Shown here piece after piece: positions 1 to 10,011 of a stretch of DNA of 64,000 bases. The stretch comes from Chitinophagaceae bacterium (GTDB lineage: Bacteria; Bacteroidota; Bacteroidia; Chitinophagales; Chitinophagaceae): the NCBI GenBank assembly GCA_019638615.1, contig JAHBTL010000027.1, positions 28,550 through 92,549 of the forward strand. The letters run 5' to 3'. Below the pieces are notes generated by a model. It was not told where the DNA came from, did no database searches, and saw nothing but the letters and a program-made list of their open reading frames with translations. The translations under genes and the position numbers were made by a program. Each line of letters starts with the position of its first letter. Position 1 is the first letter of the stretch.

Positions 1-69
1 CTGCTCGGACGCTTTTTTAAGTTCCCGTTGGCCGCCTATCCTCGGGTAGCCCAGGTTGTGTGTTTGCAT
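1..69 (-). CDS. metE: 5-methyltetrahydropteroyltriglutamate-homocysteine methyltransferase (B12-independent methionine synthase), N-terminal 23 codons only; continues past left edge
   Basis: Reverse strand from 69 translates MQTHNLGYPRIGGQRELKKASEQ, matching the conserved MetE N-terminus (LGxPRxG..RELKKA). It is open to the window edge and lies downstream of a cobalamin riboswitch on the same strand. Confidence 0.7.
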   Translation of the reverse strand, partial: MQTHNLGYPRIGGQRELKKASEQ

Positions 70-257
70 GTTCAATGCTTTTAAAAAGATTAATAATCAA
101 TCAAAAGCTCTTTGCTGAACCCGCAATGTTCCCGGTGAAAATAATGTGAAGTAGGTGCATACCAATACCAGGCTCCTGCTGCCTGAATAGACAGATCATG
201 GCCATTAAGCATATACCAACTCAACAATTGCTTCATTCCCCGAAAGCATTGTCAATT

Positions 258-432
258 GCAATAAAGGCAGGTCTCCTGACTTATAACATTTTTACCGTCC
301 TTCCCACAGCGCCTTGGCGCCACAGTGGACAACAAGGGTAAAAACTGTTGTGTTACTTACAGTTGCGGGACAGCTCCGGATTTACACCGGATTCCCTATT
401 CATCCCGCGCTATGCGGGAACCTTTGTTGCTT
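258..432 (-). promoter_or_regulatory. Cobalamin (B12) riboswitch upstream of metE
   Basis: The reverse complement reads GGTTCCCGCATAGCGCGGGATGAATAGGGAATCCGGTGTAAATCCGGAGCTGTCCCGCAACTGTAA...CCACTGTGGCGCCAAGGCGCTGTGGGAAGGACGG...AAGTCAGGAGACCTGCC. This is the conserved core (GGGAA..CCGGTG.AAATCCGG.GCTGTCCCGCAACTGTAA), a GCCACTG-like element and the B12 box. Ends are approximate. Confidence 0.85.
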
Positions 433-751
433 GATAAGAAGTAAAGAAAAGAACTGGACGGCAAAATTAAAGCATTTGAGCATATCACGAATAAATGACT
501 TTGACTTAGATTACTTAAAAATTTAAAAACTCATACTATCTTCAATGCCTGAACAATATATATTATACGGGATGGATAAAAAGGCTTTGGTCAGGAAAAA
601 ACAGGTAAGGCAGCCATGAAGTGCTTTAATGAAGTCCGGACAGGATAAAACAACGCCTGGCGATATCGCACATTCCGTTCGGTTTAATAAAGCCTCACCC
701 AGAATATGAGATGCTTACTATCATTAATATTCAACAGACTTAAAAAATAAT

Positions 752-2134
752 ATGAACGATGCTGTTGCCATCCATGAATTAACGGAGCTGCGCAATTATT
801 TTGCTGGCGGTGCAACCAGGCCCTATGCCTTCCGGAAGCAGCAACTGTTGTTGCTGAAAAATGCAGTATTAAAATATGAGCAGGATATCAACGACGCGTT
901 ATATACCGACCTTAAAAAAAGCCCGGAAGAAGCGTATGCCACGGAAACAGGCTTATTGCTTTCGGAGATCAACCTGGCATTGAAACAGTTGCGCGGCTGG
1001 ATGAAGCCAAAGCGCATCTTTCCCAACCTGGTCAACCTGCCTTCCTCCGGTAAAATATTGTCCGACCCACTGGGGGTAGTGCTGATCATTGCACCCTGGA
1101 ATTATCCCTTGCAGCTATCGCTTATTCCCTTAGTGGGTGCTATAGCCGCGGGCAACTGCATGGTATTAAAGCCTTCCGAATTGGCTCCAGCTACATCTGC
1201 CATCCTACAAAAAATGATCAGCGAAATATTTTCGCCAGCATATATAAAAGTGGTGGAAGGCGATGGCGCTTCGGTTATTCCCGCTATGATGCAGCAGTTC
1301 AGGTTCGATCATATTTTTTATACCGGCAGTATACCTGTAGGCAAAGCCATTTATCAAGAGGCAGCTAAAGCGCTTATTCCCGTTACACTGGAGCTGGGCG
1401 GCAAAAGTCCGGCAATTGTGGAAAAAGACGCTGATATTATTGTAAGTGCCAGGAGAATCGCGCTGGGAAAATTCGCTAATGCCGGGCAAACCTGCGTGGC
1501 GCCCGACTATGTACTGGTGCACGAGGCTATTGCTGAGCAATTTATGGCAACATTGATCAATACCATACAAAATTTTTTTGGCGAAGATGCCGGTAAAAGT
1601 GCAGACTATGGTAAGATCATCAATACCAAGCGATTTGATCAGCTGCTTGGCTATTTAAAAGAAGGTGAAGTGGTATATGGCGGAGCAACAGACCGCTCTT
1701 CCTTATACTTTTCTCCTACGATAATAAAAAATGTAAGGCCGGGAGCAGCCATAATGAAGGATGAAATATTCGGACCCGTTTTACCCGTGCTGCATTTCAG
1801 CACGATGGAAGAAGCTGCCGCCGTTGTAAACCAGCATCCCAACCCACTGGCATTGTATGTGTTCACTTCCGATGCGGCAAAAGAAAAAGCATGGATGGAA
1901 CAAACGGCTTTCGGCGGCGGTTGCGTAAACAATACGGCGTGGCATTTCGCCAATCACGGCTTTCCTTTTGGCGGTGTGGGCAACAGCGGCATCGGTGCTT
2001 ATCATGGCAAATATTCATTTAAAACATTCACACATGAAAAAGCAGTGATGAAAACACCGGTATGGTTTGATCCTGCTATAAAATATCCCCCGTTTAAAGG
2101 AAAGCTCAGGTGGTTTAAACGGCTTATCCATTAA
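752..2134 (+). CDS. NAD(P)+-dependent aldehyde dehydrogenase (ALDH3-like)
   Basis: 460 aa ORF with the ELGGKSP glutamate motif, catalytic Cys in GQTCVAPDY, and the FGGVGNSG C-terminal motif typical of class 3 ALDH. Confidence 0.9.
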   Translation: MNDAVAIHELTELRNYFAGGATRPYAFRKQQLLLLKNAVLKYEQDINDALYTDLKKSPEEAYATETGLLLSEINLALKQLRGWMKPKRIFPNLVNLPSSGKILSDPLGVVLIIAPWNYPLQLSLIPLVGAIAAGNCMVLKPSELAPATSAILQKMISEIFSPAYIKVVEGDGASVIPAMMQQFRFDHIFYTGSIPVGKAIYQEAAKALIPVTLELGGKSPAIVEKDADIIVSARRIALGKFANAGQTCVAPDYVLVHEAIAEQFMATLINTIQNFFGEDAGKSADYGKIINTKRFDQLLGYLKEGEVVYGGATDRSSLYFSPTIIKNVRPGAAIMKDEIFGPVLPVLHFSTMEEAAAVVNQHPNPLALYVFTSDAAKEKAWMEQTAFGGGCVNNTAWHFANHGFPFGGVGNSGIGAYHGKYSFKTFTHEKAVMKTPVWFDPAIKYPPFKGKLRWFKRLIH

Positions 2135-2459
2135 ATGAGCATCCGAAGACAAGCGCAATCAATTATGCCTTTTGATCCAAAAATGGAAATGATGAATTAC
2201 CTGTGGAACACGAAGCAGACAGAAGCCGTGAAACATATCACCGGTGCAAGGCCCTGGTCACTTTAATCTTCAGGCATCGCTTCTCATCGCAATATTCATC
2301 TAAATTAAACCCTTATGTGGGCGGGGTCGCAGTAACAGCTGGTCAGCCCCCCTGGGAAAAACGAGAAAAATTATTTATATTTATTCCCGGACCTTCCGTA
2401 CTTATAAGGTTGGGGGAACCTTATACACTTCATATTATTTTATAGTCAAAACTTTAAAA

Positions 2460-4163
2460 ATGAAAACGCTTTTCTATGTTTTCATATTTGCACCCTTTAT
2501 GCTTACTGCATGTAAAGGGAAAAAGAACGTTTCAGTGCCTGCGACGGAAGAAATGAACCTTAAGCGTGGCGATGTGATCAGTTGCGGCCCATCGCAAAAA
2601 GAATTTGGCAAGGTTCGTTTTGCCACAACCTGCACACCCGAAACACAAGGGGATTTTGACCTGGCTGTTTCCATGCTCCATTCATTTGAATACGATGAAG
2701 CCGAAAAAGTTTTTGCCAAAGTGATAGAGGAAGCTCCTGCCTGCGCCATGGCATACTGGGGTGTGGCGATGAGCAATTACCATCCTTTGTGGGCGCCGCC
2801 TACGCAGGAAGAACTGGCAAAAGGAAATAAAGCCATTACTATTGCTCAATCATTAGCTGGTGGTTCCAAAACAGAAAACGGATACATAAAGGCATTGGCT
2901 GCTTTTTATAAAGATTATCCCACGGTTGACCATAAAACCCGCAGCGGGAATTACAAAAATGAAATGGAAAAATTGTATTTAACAGATACTTCCGATAAAG
3001 AGCTGGCCATTTTTTATTCTTTAGCGCTTATTGCCACTGCCGACCCAACCGACAAAACTTTTGCCAATAGAAAAAAAGCCGGTGAAATACTGGGAGCGCT
3101 GTACCCCGAAGGAAAAAACCATCCCGGCATTATTCACTACATCATTCACACGTATGATGTGCCCGAGCTCGCTGCATTGGGCCTGGATGCTGCCAAAAGG
3201 TATGCTGCGGTAGCGCCATCATCTGCTCATGCACAGCACATGCCCTCACATATTTTTACGAGGCTCGGACTTTGGGATGATGATATTACATCCAATCTTG
3301 CCGCTTCTTCCTCCGCACAGTGCTATGCTGCAGCAGCCAACCTCGATGGTCATTGGAGCGAAGAGCTGCATGCTGCCGATTATCTTGTATATAGTTATTT
3401 ACAAAAAGGGGATAATGTTTCCGCCCAAAAAGAGGTGGCGTATGTAGATACCATCACAAAAGTAAGCGGAATAGCCAATACTAATGCCTATGCATTGGCT
3501 GCCATCCATTCAAGATATGCGCTGGAAAACAAATTATGGAAAGAAGCCGTTTCTTTAAAACTTCATCCCGTAATGGGTGATGCCTGGAAAAGATTTGTAT
3601 GGCAGGCTGCTATTGTGCATTTTGCCAGGTTATTGGGCGCTGACAATACAGGAGATCATGCATTGGCAAAAGAGGAGCTGAAAACCCTTAATGCTATTTA
3701 TGATACGTTGGTAGCAAGAAAAGATAATTACAGCGCTGCACAGGTGATGATACAAATTAAATCGGGTACTGCATGGATGGCATGGAAAGAAGGCAACAGC
3801 AGCGGGGCATTGACAACCATGCAGGAAGCGGTAGAACTTGAAGATAAAACCGATAAACACCCCGTAACACCAGGTGAAGTGCTGCCCGCAAGGCAACTTT
3901 TTGCTGATATGCTTTTGGAAATGAATAAGCCTGCCGAAGCGCTTGGGGCTTACGAAGCAGATCTAAAAAAACACCCAAACCGGTTCAACAGCTTATACGG
4001 CGCTGCTTATTGCAGTGAAAAAACCGGTAATGCAGCCAAAGCAGAAAGCTATTATCATCAGTTGTTAGCAGTTGCCAACAACCCCGGTTCCAACAGGCCG
4101 GAACTTGAGCTCGCAAAAAAATTTGTTGAGAAAAATCATAAGAAACAAATAGCGCTCAGGTAA
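2460..4163 (+). CDS. Lipoprotein with TPR-like helical repeats, function unknown
   Basis: 567 aa with a signal peptide and lipobox (FMLTAC). The body is a long alpha-helical repeat and the C-terminus has TPR-like segments (ALGAYEADLKKHPNRFNSLYGAAYC). Confidence 0.7.
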   Translation: MKTLFYVFIFAPFMLTACKGKKNVSVPATEEMNLKRGDVISCGPSQKEFGKVRFATTCTPETQGDFDLAVSMLHSFEYDEAEKVFAKVIEEAPACAMAYWGVAMSNYHPLWAPPTQEELAKGNKAITIAQSLAGGSKTENGYIKALAAFYKDYPTVDHKTRSGNYKNEMEKLYLTDTSDKELAIFYSLALIATADPTDKTFANRKKAGEILGALYPEGKNHPGIIHYIIHTYDVPELAALGLDAAKRYAAVAPSSAHAQHMPSHIFTRLGLWDDDITSNLAASSSAQCYAAAANLDGHWSEELHAADYLVYSYLQKGDNVSAQKEVAYVDTITKVSGIANTNAYALAAIHSRYALENKLWKEAVSLKLHPVMGDAWKRFVWQAAIVHFARLLGADNTGDHALAKEELKTLNAIYDTLVARKDNYSAAQVMIQIKSGTAWMAWKEGNSSGALTTMQEAVELEDKTDKHPVTPGEVLPARQLFADMLLEMNKPAEALGAYEADLKKHPNRFNSLYGAAYCSEKTGNAAKAESYYHQLLAVANNPGSNRPELELAKKFVEKNHKKQIALR

Positions 4164-4200
4164 CAGGCCTTCCTCCTTAATGCCCAGGTTAACCCCCGGA

Positions 4201-4947
4201 TTAACTGTTTAAATATTTATTAGGGATGTTTGAAGGCGTATAATCAATACCGTAAGCCGCTTTAAGTAAAATAGCAACCACTTCATAAATCAATTTCTCC
4301 TTTCTCTGGAACTGTGGAAGCAGTCCCATCATTGCATAGCTGATCGGATTAACAGACGGAATAAATGTTTCCCATTCATAGCCTTTTCCCCACACCAGTC
4401 CTTTGACTGTAAGGGTTAAATCCGCCGATTCAGCAATAAGATAGTTCATTACATCTATGCACTTGTTTGAGTTCTGGTTCACGGTATGAAAGATTGGCGT
4501 TTGTCCACCGAAGCCATTTTCGTCAACCCCCGCCTTCATGTTTATATCAATGCCGTGTTTTACCAGTACCCTGGCACAGGCAAGGTGGTTGTATTCGGCA
4601 CAAATATGAAGCAATGACGCCTCATACAAAGGAGTAAATGCACAGTCAAATGTATATGTGTTCTGTACTGCCTGCTTATTGTTATTTAATAAAGCATCCA
4701 GCGAAACAGCATCATCCAAAAAAACGGTTAACAGTATTTTATCATCGAAGTGTAAGCCATAATCCACAAAAACTTTAAAGCATTCCCTGAATTTTGGTCC
4801 CCTTGAATATTCTGTGATGAGTTCATAAATGAGTGGCTTACCCTTAAAGTAATCATTAGGGCTTATTCCATTGTCAAAGCATTCCCTTATTCCGTCCGCT
4901 GAGTGAACTTCAATCTCACCTGTAATTTTTTGTAAATAATCCATCAT
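4201..4947 (-). CDS. Ankyrin-repeat-like cytoplasmic protein
   Basis: 248 aa with no signal peptide. Ankyrin-like units are present (SLLHICAEYNHLACARVLVKHGIDINMKAG...GQTPIFHTVNQNSNKCIDVMNYLIAESADL). Confidence 0.6.
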   Translation of the reverse strand: MMDYLQKITGEIEVHSADGIRECFDNGISPNDYFKGKPLIYELITEYSRGPKFRECFKVFVDYGLHFDDKILLTVFLDDAVSLDALLNNNKQAVQNTYTFDCAFTPLYEASLLHICAEYNHLACARVLVKHGIDINMKAGVDENGFGGQTPIFHTVNQNSNKCIDVMNYLIAESADLTLTVKGLVWGKGYEWETFIPSVNPISYAMMGLLPQFQRKEKLIYEVVAILLKAAYGIDYTPSNIPNKYLNS

Positions 4948-5230
4948 GGTGCGTTTTTATGTGTGCGAACAAATTACCGCCAGCGGTTCGGCCTGGCGAA
5001 GCTTCAGGGCGTGATCCCTGCCCGACTGTGTCATTCTGGCGGACGGGCGGTCAGGCGGGCGTCAGTCTGTAATCTTTGCTAAATTTATAAATAAATGTTC
5101 ATTGTATATTCTATTGCCCGGCGCTATTCATCGGACGGAACTCCTTGCCTGCCGGCAAGGAAGTCGAATAGCGAACAAAGGCTGAGGATATATTTGTCTT
5201 CCGTCATATAGCTGAACTGCTTGTTGCACA

Positions 5231-5923
5231 TTACTTTTCTTCGCTATCCATCAATTTGCAGATGAATAGATAAGTTATGGTGTATTTCTTTTGAATAGAG
5301 CTGTTTCTAAACGTGCCATCGTCACGATAGAAAGGTTCAGTCACAAGCCTTACTTTGCCATAAAAGATGTCCCTTAACTTTTCAGGCATATTACTTAAAA
5401 CAACACTTTCTGTCCGTGCCTCAACCTGAATTTCACTTGATCTAGTATCTATCAATTTGTGGCGGTAGATGCTGTCCCTTCGTACATACTCAAAAAAAAC
5501 AGCGCTGATTTTGTCTCCCACTATTTTTACCGAAAAGCCGAGTCCTGAAAAAAGTCCGAAGAACGAGCCAATGCTCAAGGTGTCTTTATAAAAAGCCGCT
5601 CGACCGAAAAGCCATTGATTGTATTTGGCCGTGTCTTTGGGTAGGTCAGGTAATTCGTTCCCGTTTTCGTCAATCGCAATAATTTTAATTGAACTGTTAA
5701 GAACTATTGGGGTGAAATCCTGAATGTTCAAAGTGTCTTCTTTGAAACTTAAAAGCAACACAAAACCATCGCTAAACCCTTTGTTATATCGCTTTTCCTG
5801 AATGTATTTAGGTTGCTGGTTAAAAAGGCTATCAAATTCATACCGAACCCCTGGGTCAATTTGCAATTGTCCAAATACAGAGTGCCCAAACAGTAAAGCA
5901 GTTATTAGTAGTAAGGTTTTCAC
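5231..5923 (-). CDS. Secreted hypothetical protein
   Basis: 230 aa ORF with an N-terminal signal peptide (MKTLLLITALLFGHSVFGQ). I recognised no motif. Confidence 0.6.
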   Translation of the reverse strand: MKTLLLITALLFGHSVFGQLQIDPGVRYEFDSLFNQQPKYIQEKRYNKGFSDGFVLLLSFKEDTLNIQDFTPIVLNSSIKIIAIDENGNELPDLPKDTAKYNQWLFGRAAFYKDTLSIGSFFGLFSGLGFSVKIVGDKISAVFFEYVRRDSIYRHKLIDTRSSEIQVEARTESVVLSNMPEKLRDIFYGKVRLVTEPFYRDDGTFRNSSIQKKYTITYLFICKLMDSEEK

Positions 5924-6173
5924 AAAGTTGCGTACAACGGTTGAACATTTGTGTTTGTGGCGGTTCCGAAACTTTGGAAGGGGAAACTTCCTGCTGGGAA
6001 CAAATGCTTAATAAAGATATAAAAGTCCATTGTTAATTCTAAAGCCCAATTTATAACGTCCGGCCGGAACTGCAGATGATAGACAAGTTTGTATATTCTG
6101 ACATAAATTGTCTGTTTTTCCTGGTTTTAATTGTAAAATGCAGGTGTTCCTACAAAACAGAATATTGTGCAGC

Positions 6174-7253
6174 CTATTTATCTATCGTCATCCCATCTCT
6201 TAGTTTTCTTCTGTTGCCACTAACGACAATGATTTTGTTATACACCTGCATATTTGCAATAGCTAATTTCTCTGGTAATCCATTACCTGAAAATTTCCAA
6301 TTCCCGGCTTCTTTATCTTTTCTATAAATACCGTCCCATTGCCCCGCTAAAAGTGAGTTGTTAACTTTAACTACGTTAAATGTATAAAGTTGAGCAGGTA
6401 GTCCGCTTTGAATATTTTGCCAGGTCTGCCCTTTGTCATAAGACGAAAATAGTTCATTATACACCATTGCATACAAAGCTTTGTCGTCCGAACTAATGTT
6501 ATGTAATGCACCATTTGACAAGATCTTCTTCCAATCTTTTTTCCCGATTAGTGAGGCAAAAGCCCCTTGACTTGTGGCAATGTAAATACTTCCACCAAAA
6601 GTCGTTATGCCATTCACTTGTAGTGTACCGTTTCCATATTCTAACTCCCATCGACTTAGTAAGTCATTATAGGAATAAAGTCCTGAATTGGTTGCTGCGT
6701 ACAGCTTATTTTCAATTACAGCGAATTTTCGGATTGTCAGGTTATCCAAGCCTGTATTTAGTGTTATCCAAGTTTGGCCATTGTTCTTAGAGTAAAAAAC
6801 ACCGTCTGTTTGTGTCCCTGCGTATATACAATCATTATGGAATAGTAAAGCCCCCACATTACTTTCAAGCAATTGTTTGTCGGTGGGAATATGAACCCAC
6901 TTATCTTCTTGGGGTTTAAAATAGTAAAGCCCGCTGTCTTTTGAGATAAGTGCAAGTTTGTTTCCCGAAACAGCAATCCCACCCAAACCAATAGAAGTTG
7001 TTGAAGGCAAACCTTCACTTTTATTTTCCCAGGTTAATCCGTTGTCATAAGAAAAGTAGATTATTCCGTCCGTTTCTTGAACGGAATTGTTGATTAACGG
7101 AATATCTTCTTCCAAAATGGATTTCGTATTGTTTTGAGCTTGTCCTTTACAGGCGTTTAGCATAATCAAAAACACTAATGTTAAAAGTCTAATTGGACTT
7201 AACGATGCTATAATTTGTCGCTTTAACTTTTGAGGGTTGTTTTGGTTGCACAT
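6174..7253 (-). CDS. BNR/Asp-box repeat beta-propeller lipoprotein (Ycf48/sortilin-like)
   Basis: 359 aa with lipobox LNAC and repeated Asp-box-like motifs (DNGLTWEN, NNGQTWITL, DKGQTWQNI). Confidence 0.7.
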   Translation of the reverse strand: MCNQNNPQKLKRQIIASLSPIRLLTLVFLIMLNACKGQAQNNTKSILEEDIPLINNSVQETDGIIYFSYDNGLTWENKSEGLPSTTSIGLGGIAVSGNKLALISKDSGLYYFKPQEDKWVHIPTDKQLLESNVGALLFHNDCIYAGTQTDGVFYSKNNGQTWITLNTGLDNLTIRKFAVIENKLYAATNSGLYSYNDLLSRWELEYGNGTLQVNGITTFGGSIYIATSQGAFASLIGKKDWKKILSNGALHNISSDDKALYAMVYNELFSSYDKGQTWQNIQSGLPAQLYTFNVVKVNNSLLAGQWDGIYRKDKEAGNWKFSGNGLPEKLAIANMQVYNKIIVVSGNRRKLRDGMTIDK

Positions 7254-7355
7254 AACGTCCGATTATTTGCGAAAGTAGGGAATTCGTTGGTTGTCCAGCC
7301 CAACTTGCATAAAACCCCATGTTGGTTGCAGTTTTTCGTTCGCCGTGACGAAAAA

Positions 7356-8050
7356 CTACCAAAATTTCCACCAAGGTTTTTTACTTTTTGTTTCGTGTTT
7401 AAGTTCTGATTTTGATTGCTGTGTCACCAGTTTTAGTTGGCTTGTCCAAAGTTTATACGTCTGTCCTTTCGGATTACCGTTGTCGTCAATCGGATAAGGC
7501 AGTTTAAGCTTGGTCATAAAGTCAACTAATTGCCAGTCCTCTTTTGTAAACTCGTCTGTTGAATATGCCTTTGATGGTTCTTCTTCCTCTAAATCCCACC
7601 TCACTAAATACTTGTCAATGTCGCTTGTTTTGATGAATGGAAATAACTCCGCTATTGTTTTTGCGTTACCTTTCCAACTGCCTATTTCTTCATCTGATAT
7701 ATTTGCGTCCCAATAATCTGGAATAGGATTGAATTGGTCTATAACTTCTCCGTCCTTGTATAAAACAACATCCATAAATCACCGTCGTGAATATGAAAAG
7801 AAAAAACGGCTGTGTTTAATTCCTTTGAAATATATTTTGAACTGTCGTCCCACTCAAGATAACCGTCTGGATAGAACACCGAAGTGTTACTATTTAATTC
7901 TTCAATAATGCAAGAGTTAGGCGTTTCAGAATTGATGTTGTCCTCTTGTTGAAGTCCACCGTTAACAGACTTAGCATAATTTGTCAAGCTGCTTACAACT
8001 TGGCTTTGCGTCTTGCCGATGACTGATGAAACTGCCAAAAATGTTCCCAT
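7356..8050 (-). pseudogene. Hypothetical gene split into two overlapping ORFs (7739..8050 and 7356..7775); probable frameshift
   Basis: The two same-strand ORFs overlap by 37 nt in different frames. A 1-nt change in GAT TTA TGG ATG would fuse ...FHIHDGD(L/F) to MDVVLYKDGEVID. A TGA lies one codon upstream of the second ATG. Confidence 0.45.
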
Positions 8051-8322
8051 AATTTGAAGGTCCTTAAAATTGCAACCACGCTAATTTATGTTATAGCACG
8101 CAATAGTCATAATTCATAAGCTGCTATAAATTAAATCCTTAACGATATACATTTTGTACTTGTCTGCCGGCAGGCAGGTTGTTTATTGCGTCAATGAAAT
8201 CTGGCACACTCGTTTACAAACACTTATAAAAGGTTTAAACGTGCACCCAGGGTGCAGCTTCCCGGCTTTCATCATGCCCAAAAACCTTATTTATATCATC
8301 TTCCCCATTGCCGTAAATCATA

Positions 8323-8853
8323 TTGTTTTATATACAGTGTGATTATTTTCGCTTTTTGAGGGATAACATTAAGCTGCTGAATATATTATTATTTGAGCAG
8401 GACGATAAAGATGATTTTTATACCTTTGCAAAAAAATATAGGGCAGTAAGTATTATTTGCTTGAAACAGTTAACCAAAATAGCGAGTGTTTTTGTAATGT
8501 GCGTGATGCTTTTAAGCATCATGAAAACCCCTGTTCTCTATACTGTTTATGAATACGATAAAACGTTCTTTATTGAATTGTTTTGTGTAAATAAAGATCG
8601 CCCGCAAATGGAATGTAACGGTCAGTGTAAATTGGCTCAGATGCAGCAGGAGGAAAACGAAAAAAATGCTGACAATATCCTGAAGCAATTACAATCTGAA
8701 ACCGTTTATTTTTCGCCCGTATCAACCTCATTAACAGACTACGACCGTTTTTTGACGGCTGATAAAACACGGCTTCCTTCCTGCTACAATTCCCTGTATT
8801 CATTCCTGTTTGCGACTAAGCTGGTAAAGCCACCGGCAACATTGCTGAGTTAG
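8323..8853 (+). CDS. Small membrane protein with an FCxNKxxPxxxCxGxCxL (C-x9-C-x3-C) motif; paralog of 12004..12369; start uncertain (TTG in track)
   Basis: A hydrophobic segment (IASVFVMCVMLLSIM) is followed by FFIELFCVNKDRPQMECNGQCKLAQMQQEENEK. The 12004 product has the same layout and motif, and both end in a V(K/P)PP-type tail. Confidence 0.6.
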   Translation: MFYIQCDYFRFLRDNIKLLNILLFEQDDKDDFYTFAKKYRAVSIICLKQLTKIASVFVMCVMLLSIMKTPVLYTVYEYDKTFFIELFCVNKDRPQMECNGQCKLAQMQQEENEKNADNILKQLQSETVYFSPVSTSLTDYDRFLTADKTRLPSCYNSLYSFLFATKLVKPPATLLS

Positions 8854-9079
8854 CAATACTGCTAATATATTCCTGTTTTTAAGCGGTGAAAATTTTATGT
8901 GCGATAGTATGCAGGGATTGCCTTGTATGCAAGCATGATCAACCTGTTCGTATATACCGGTGATCCGTTTTATTCCCGCTTACCTGTTTTCCTGTATATA
9001 ATTTGATACGGCTAAAGAGCGCCTGCGCTTGCAGTAACCTGCTGCCGTTCAATTATTTTTCACAAGACTTTCGTCAATA

Positions 9080-10006
9080 ATGGAAAAAGCAATATTTTTT
9101 CTCGCAGTAGTATGCTTATCGGTTATATCCTGTACAAAAGAAAAAACGGATTACGAAGCCGAGATAGCAACGGTAGTTACGGAGCATTATGAGTTTAAAG
9201 AAGCTGCTGCCATCAGCAGTGAAGGCTATACTATCAGCATTGAAGCGCTGAACGGGACTTTTTATAAAGGGTATAACGAAATCCGGTTAAAGATCACAGA
9301 TACCCGTACCAATGAAAATATACATGCGTCTTCTGTAATTTTTTTACCGGTTATGTCTGGTGCTGACGGAAGCAACACTTCCTGTCCACACCTGTACGAT
9401 TTGACTTATAACGCCGATGATAAATATTTTACAGGATATGCGGTATTTACCAGCGAGAGCAATACAAACGGAAGCTGGGAGCTTTACACCAGCGTTATTA
9501 TAAATAATAAAACCTATCCGGCGAAGCAAAATATTACTGTTCAGGAGCAACCCAACAAAAACCTGAATATGACTGCATTTACTGGAAAAGATGGTGAGCA
9601 ATACATCATCGCTTTGGTGTCGCCGCAAAAGCCGAAAGTTGCCGAAAACGAACTGGTTGCCGGCATATACAAATTCAACAAACCAACAACTCCTCCATCC
9701 GGGAGTTTCCCTGATCCCTCGCAATTCTCCTACGCGGAGGTTAATGATTATACGTTGCAGCTTGATCCACGGATGCCCGAACCTTCTATGGGAAATCATT
9801 CTTCGATCAATAACAAGGATCTGACACAGCAAAGCGATGGCTTGTATTACGGCATTGTCAATTACACCATGACGGGGAACTGGACACTGAATTTCATTAT
9901 GCTGAACCAGAACGGTAAGATACTGAAAGGAACCGAAGTGCCAACCGATTTTACACCGGGAGTGGAAGGCGTGAAAAGTGAACTATACATTGATATTTTA
10001 TTCTAA
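9080..10006 (+). CDS. Lipoprotein with two YtkA/FixH-like Ig-type domains (putative metal handling)
   Basis: 308 aa with lipobox VISC. The C-terminal half has a Met-rich loop and the G.Y...M.G.W pattern (DPRMPEPSMGNHS...DGLYYGIVNYTMTGNWTLNF). The first half has a similar pattern (SCPHLYDL...YFTGYAVFTSESNTNGSWELY). The domain call is from memory of the family pattern. Confidence 0.55.
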   Translation: MEKAIFFLAVVCLSVISCTKEKTDYEAEIATVVTEHYEFKEAAAISSEGYTISIEALNGTFYKGYNEIRLKITDTRTNENIHASSVIFLPVMSGADGSNTSCPHLYDLTYNADDKYFTGYAVFTSESNTNGSWELYTSVIINNKTYPAKQNITVQEQPNKNLNMTAFTGKDGEQYIIALVSPQKPKVAENELVAGIYKFNKPTTPPSGSFPDPSQFSYAEVNDYTLQLDPRMPEPSMGNHSSINNKDLTQQSDGLYYGIVNYTMTGNWTLNFIMLNQNGKILKGTEVPTDFTPGVEGVKSELYIDILF

Positions 10007-10011
10007 GGTTT

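Noticed and set aside
314-526. 70-aa plus-strand ORF in the track
   Set aside because: It lies on the opposite strand across the cobalamin riboswitch core, and its translation is low-complexity. The conserved RNA motifs explain the sequence better.
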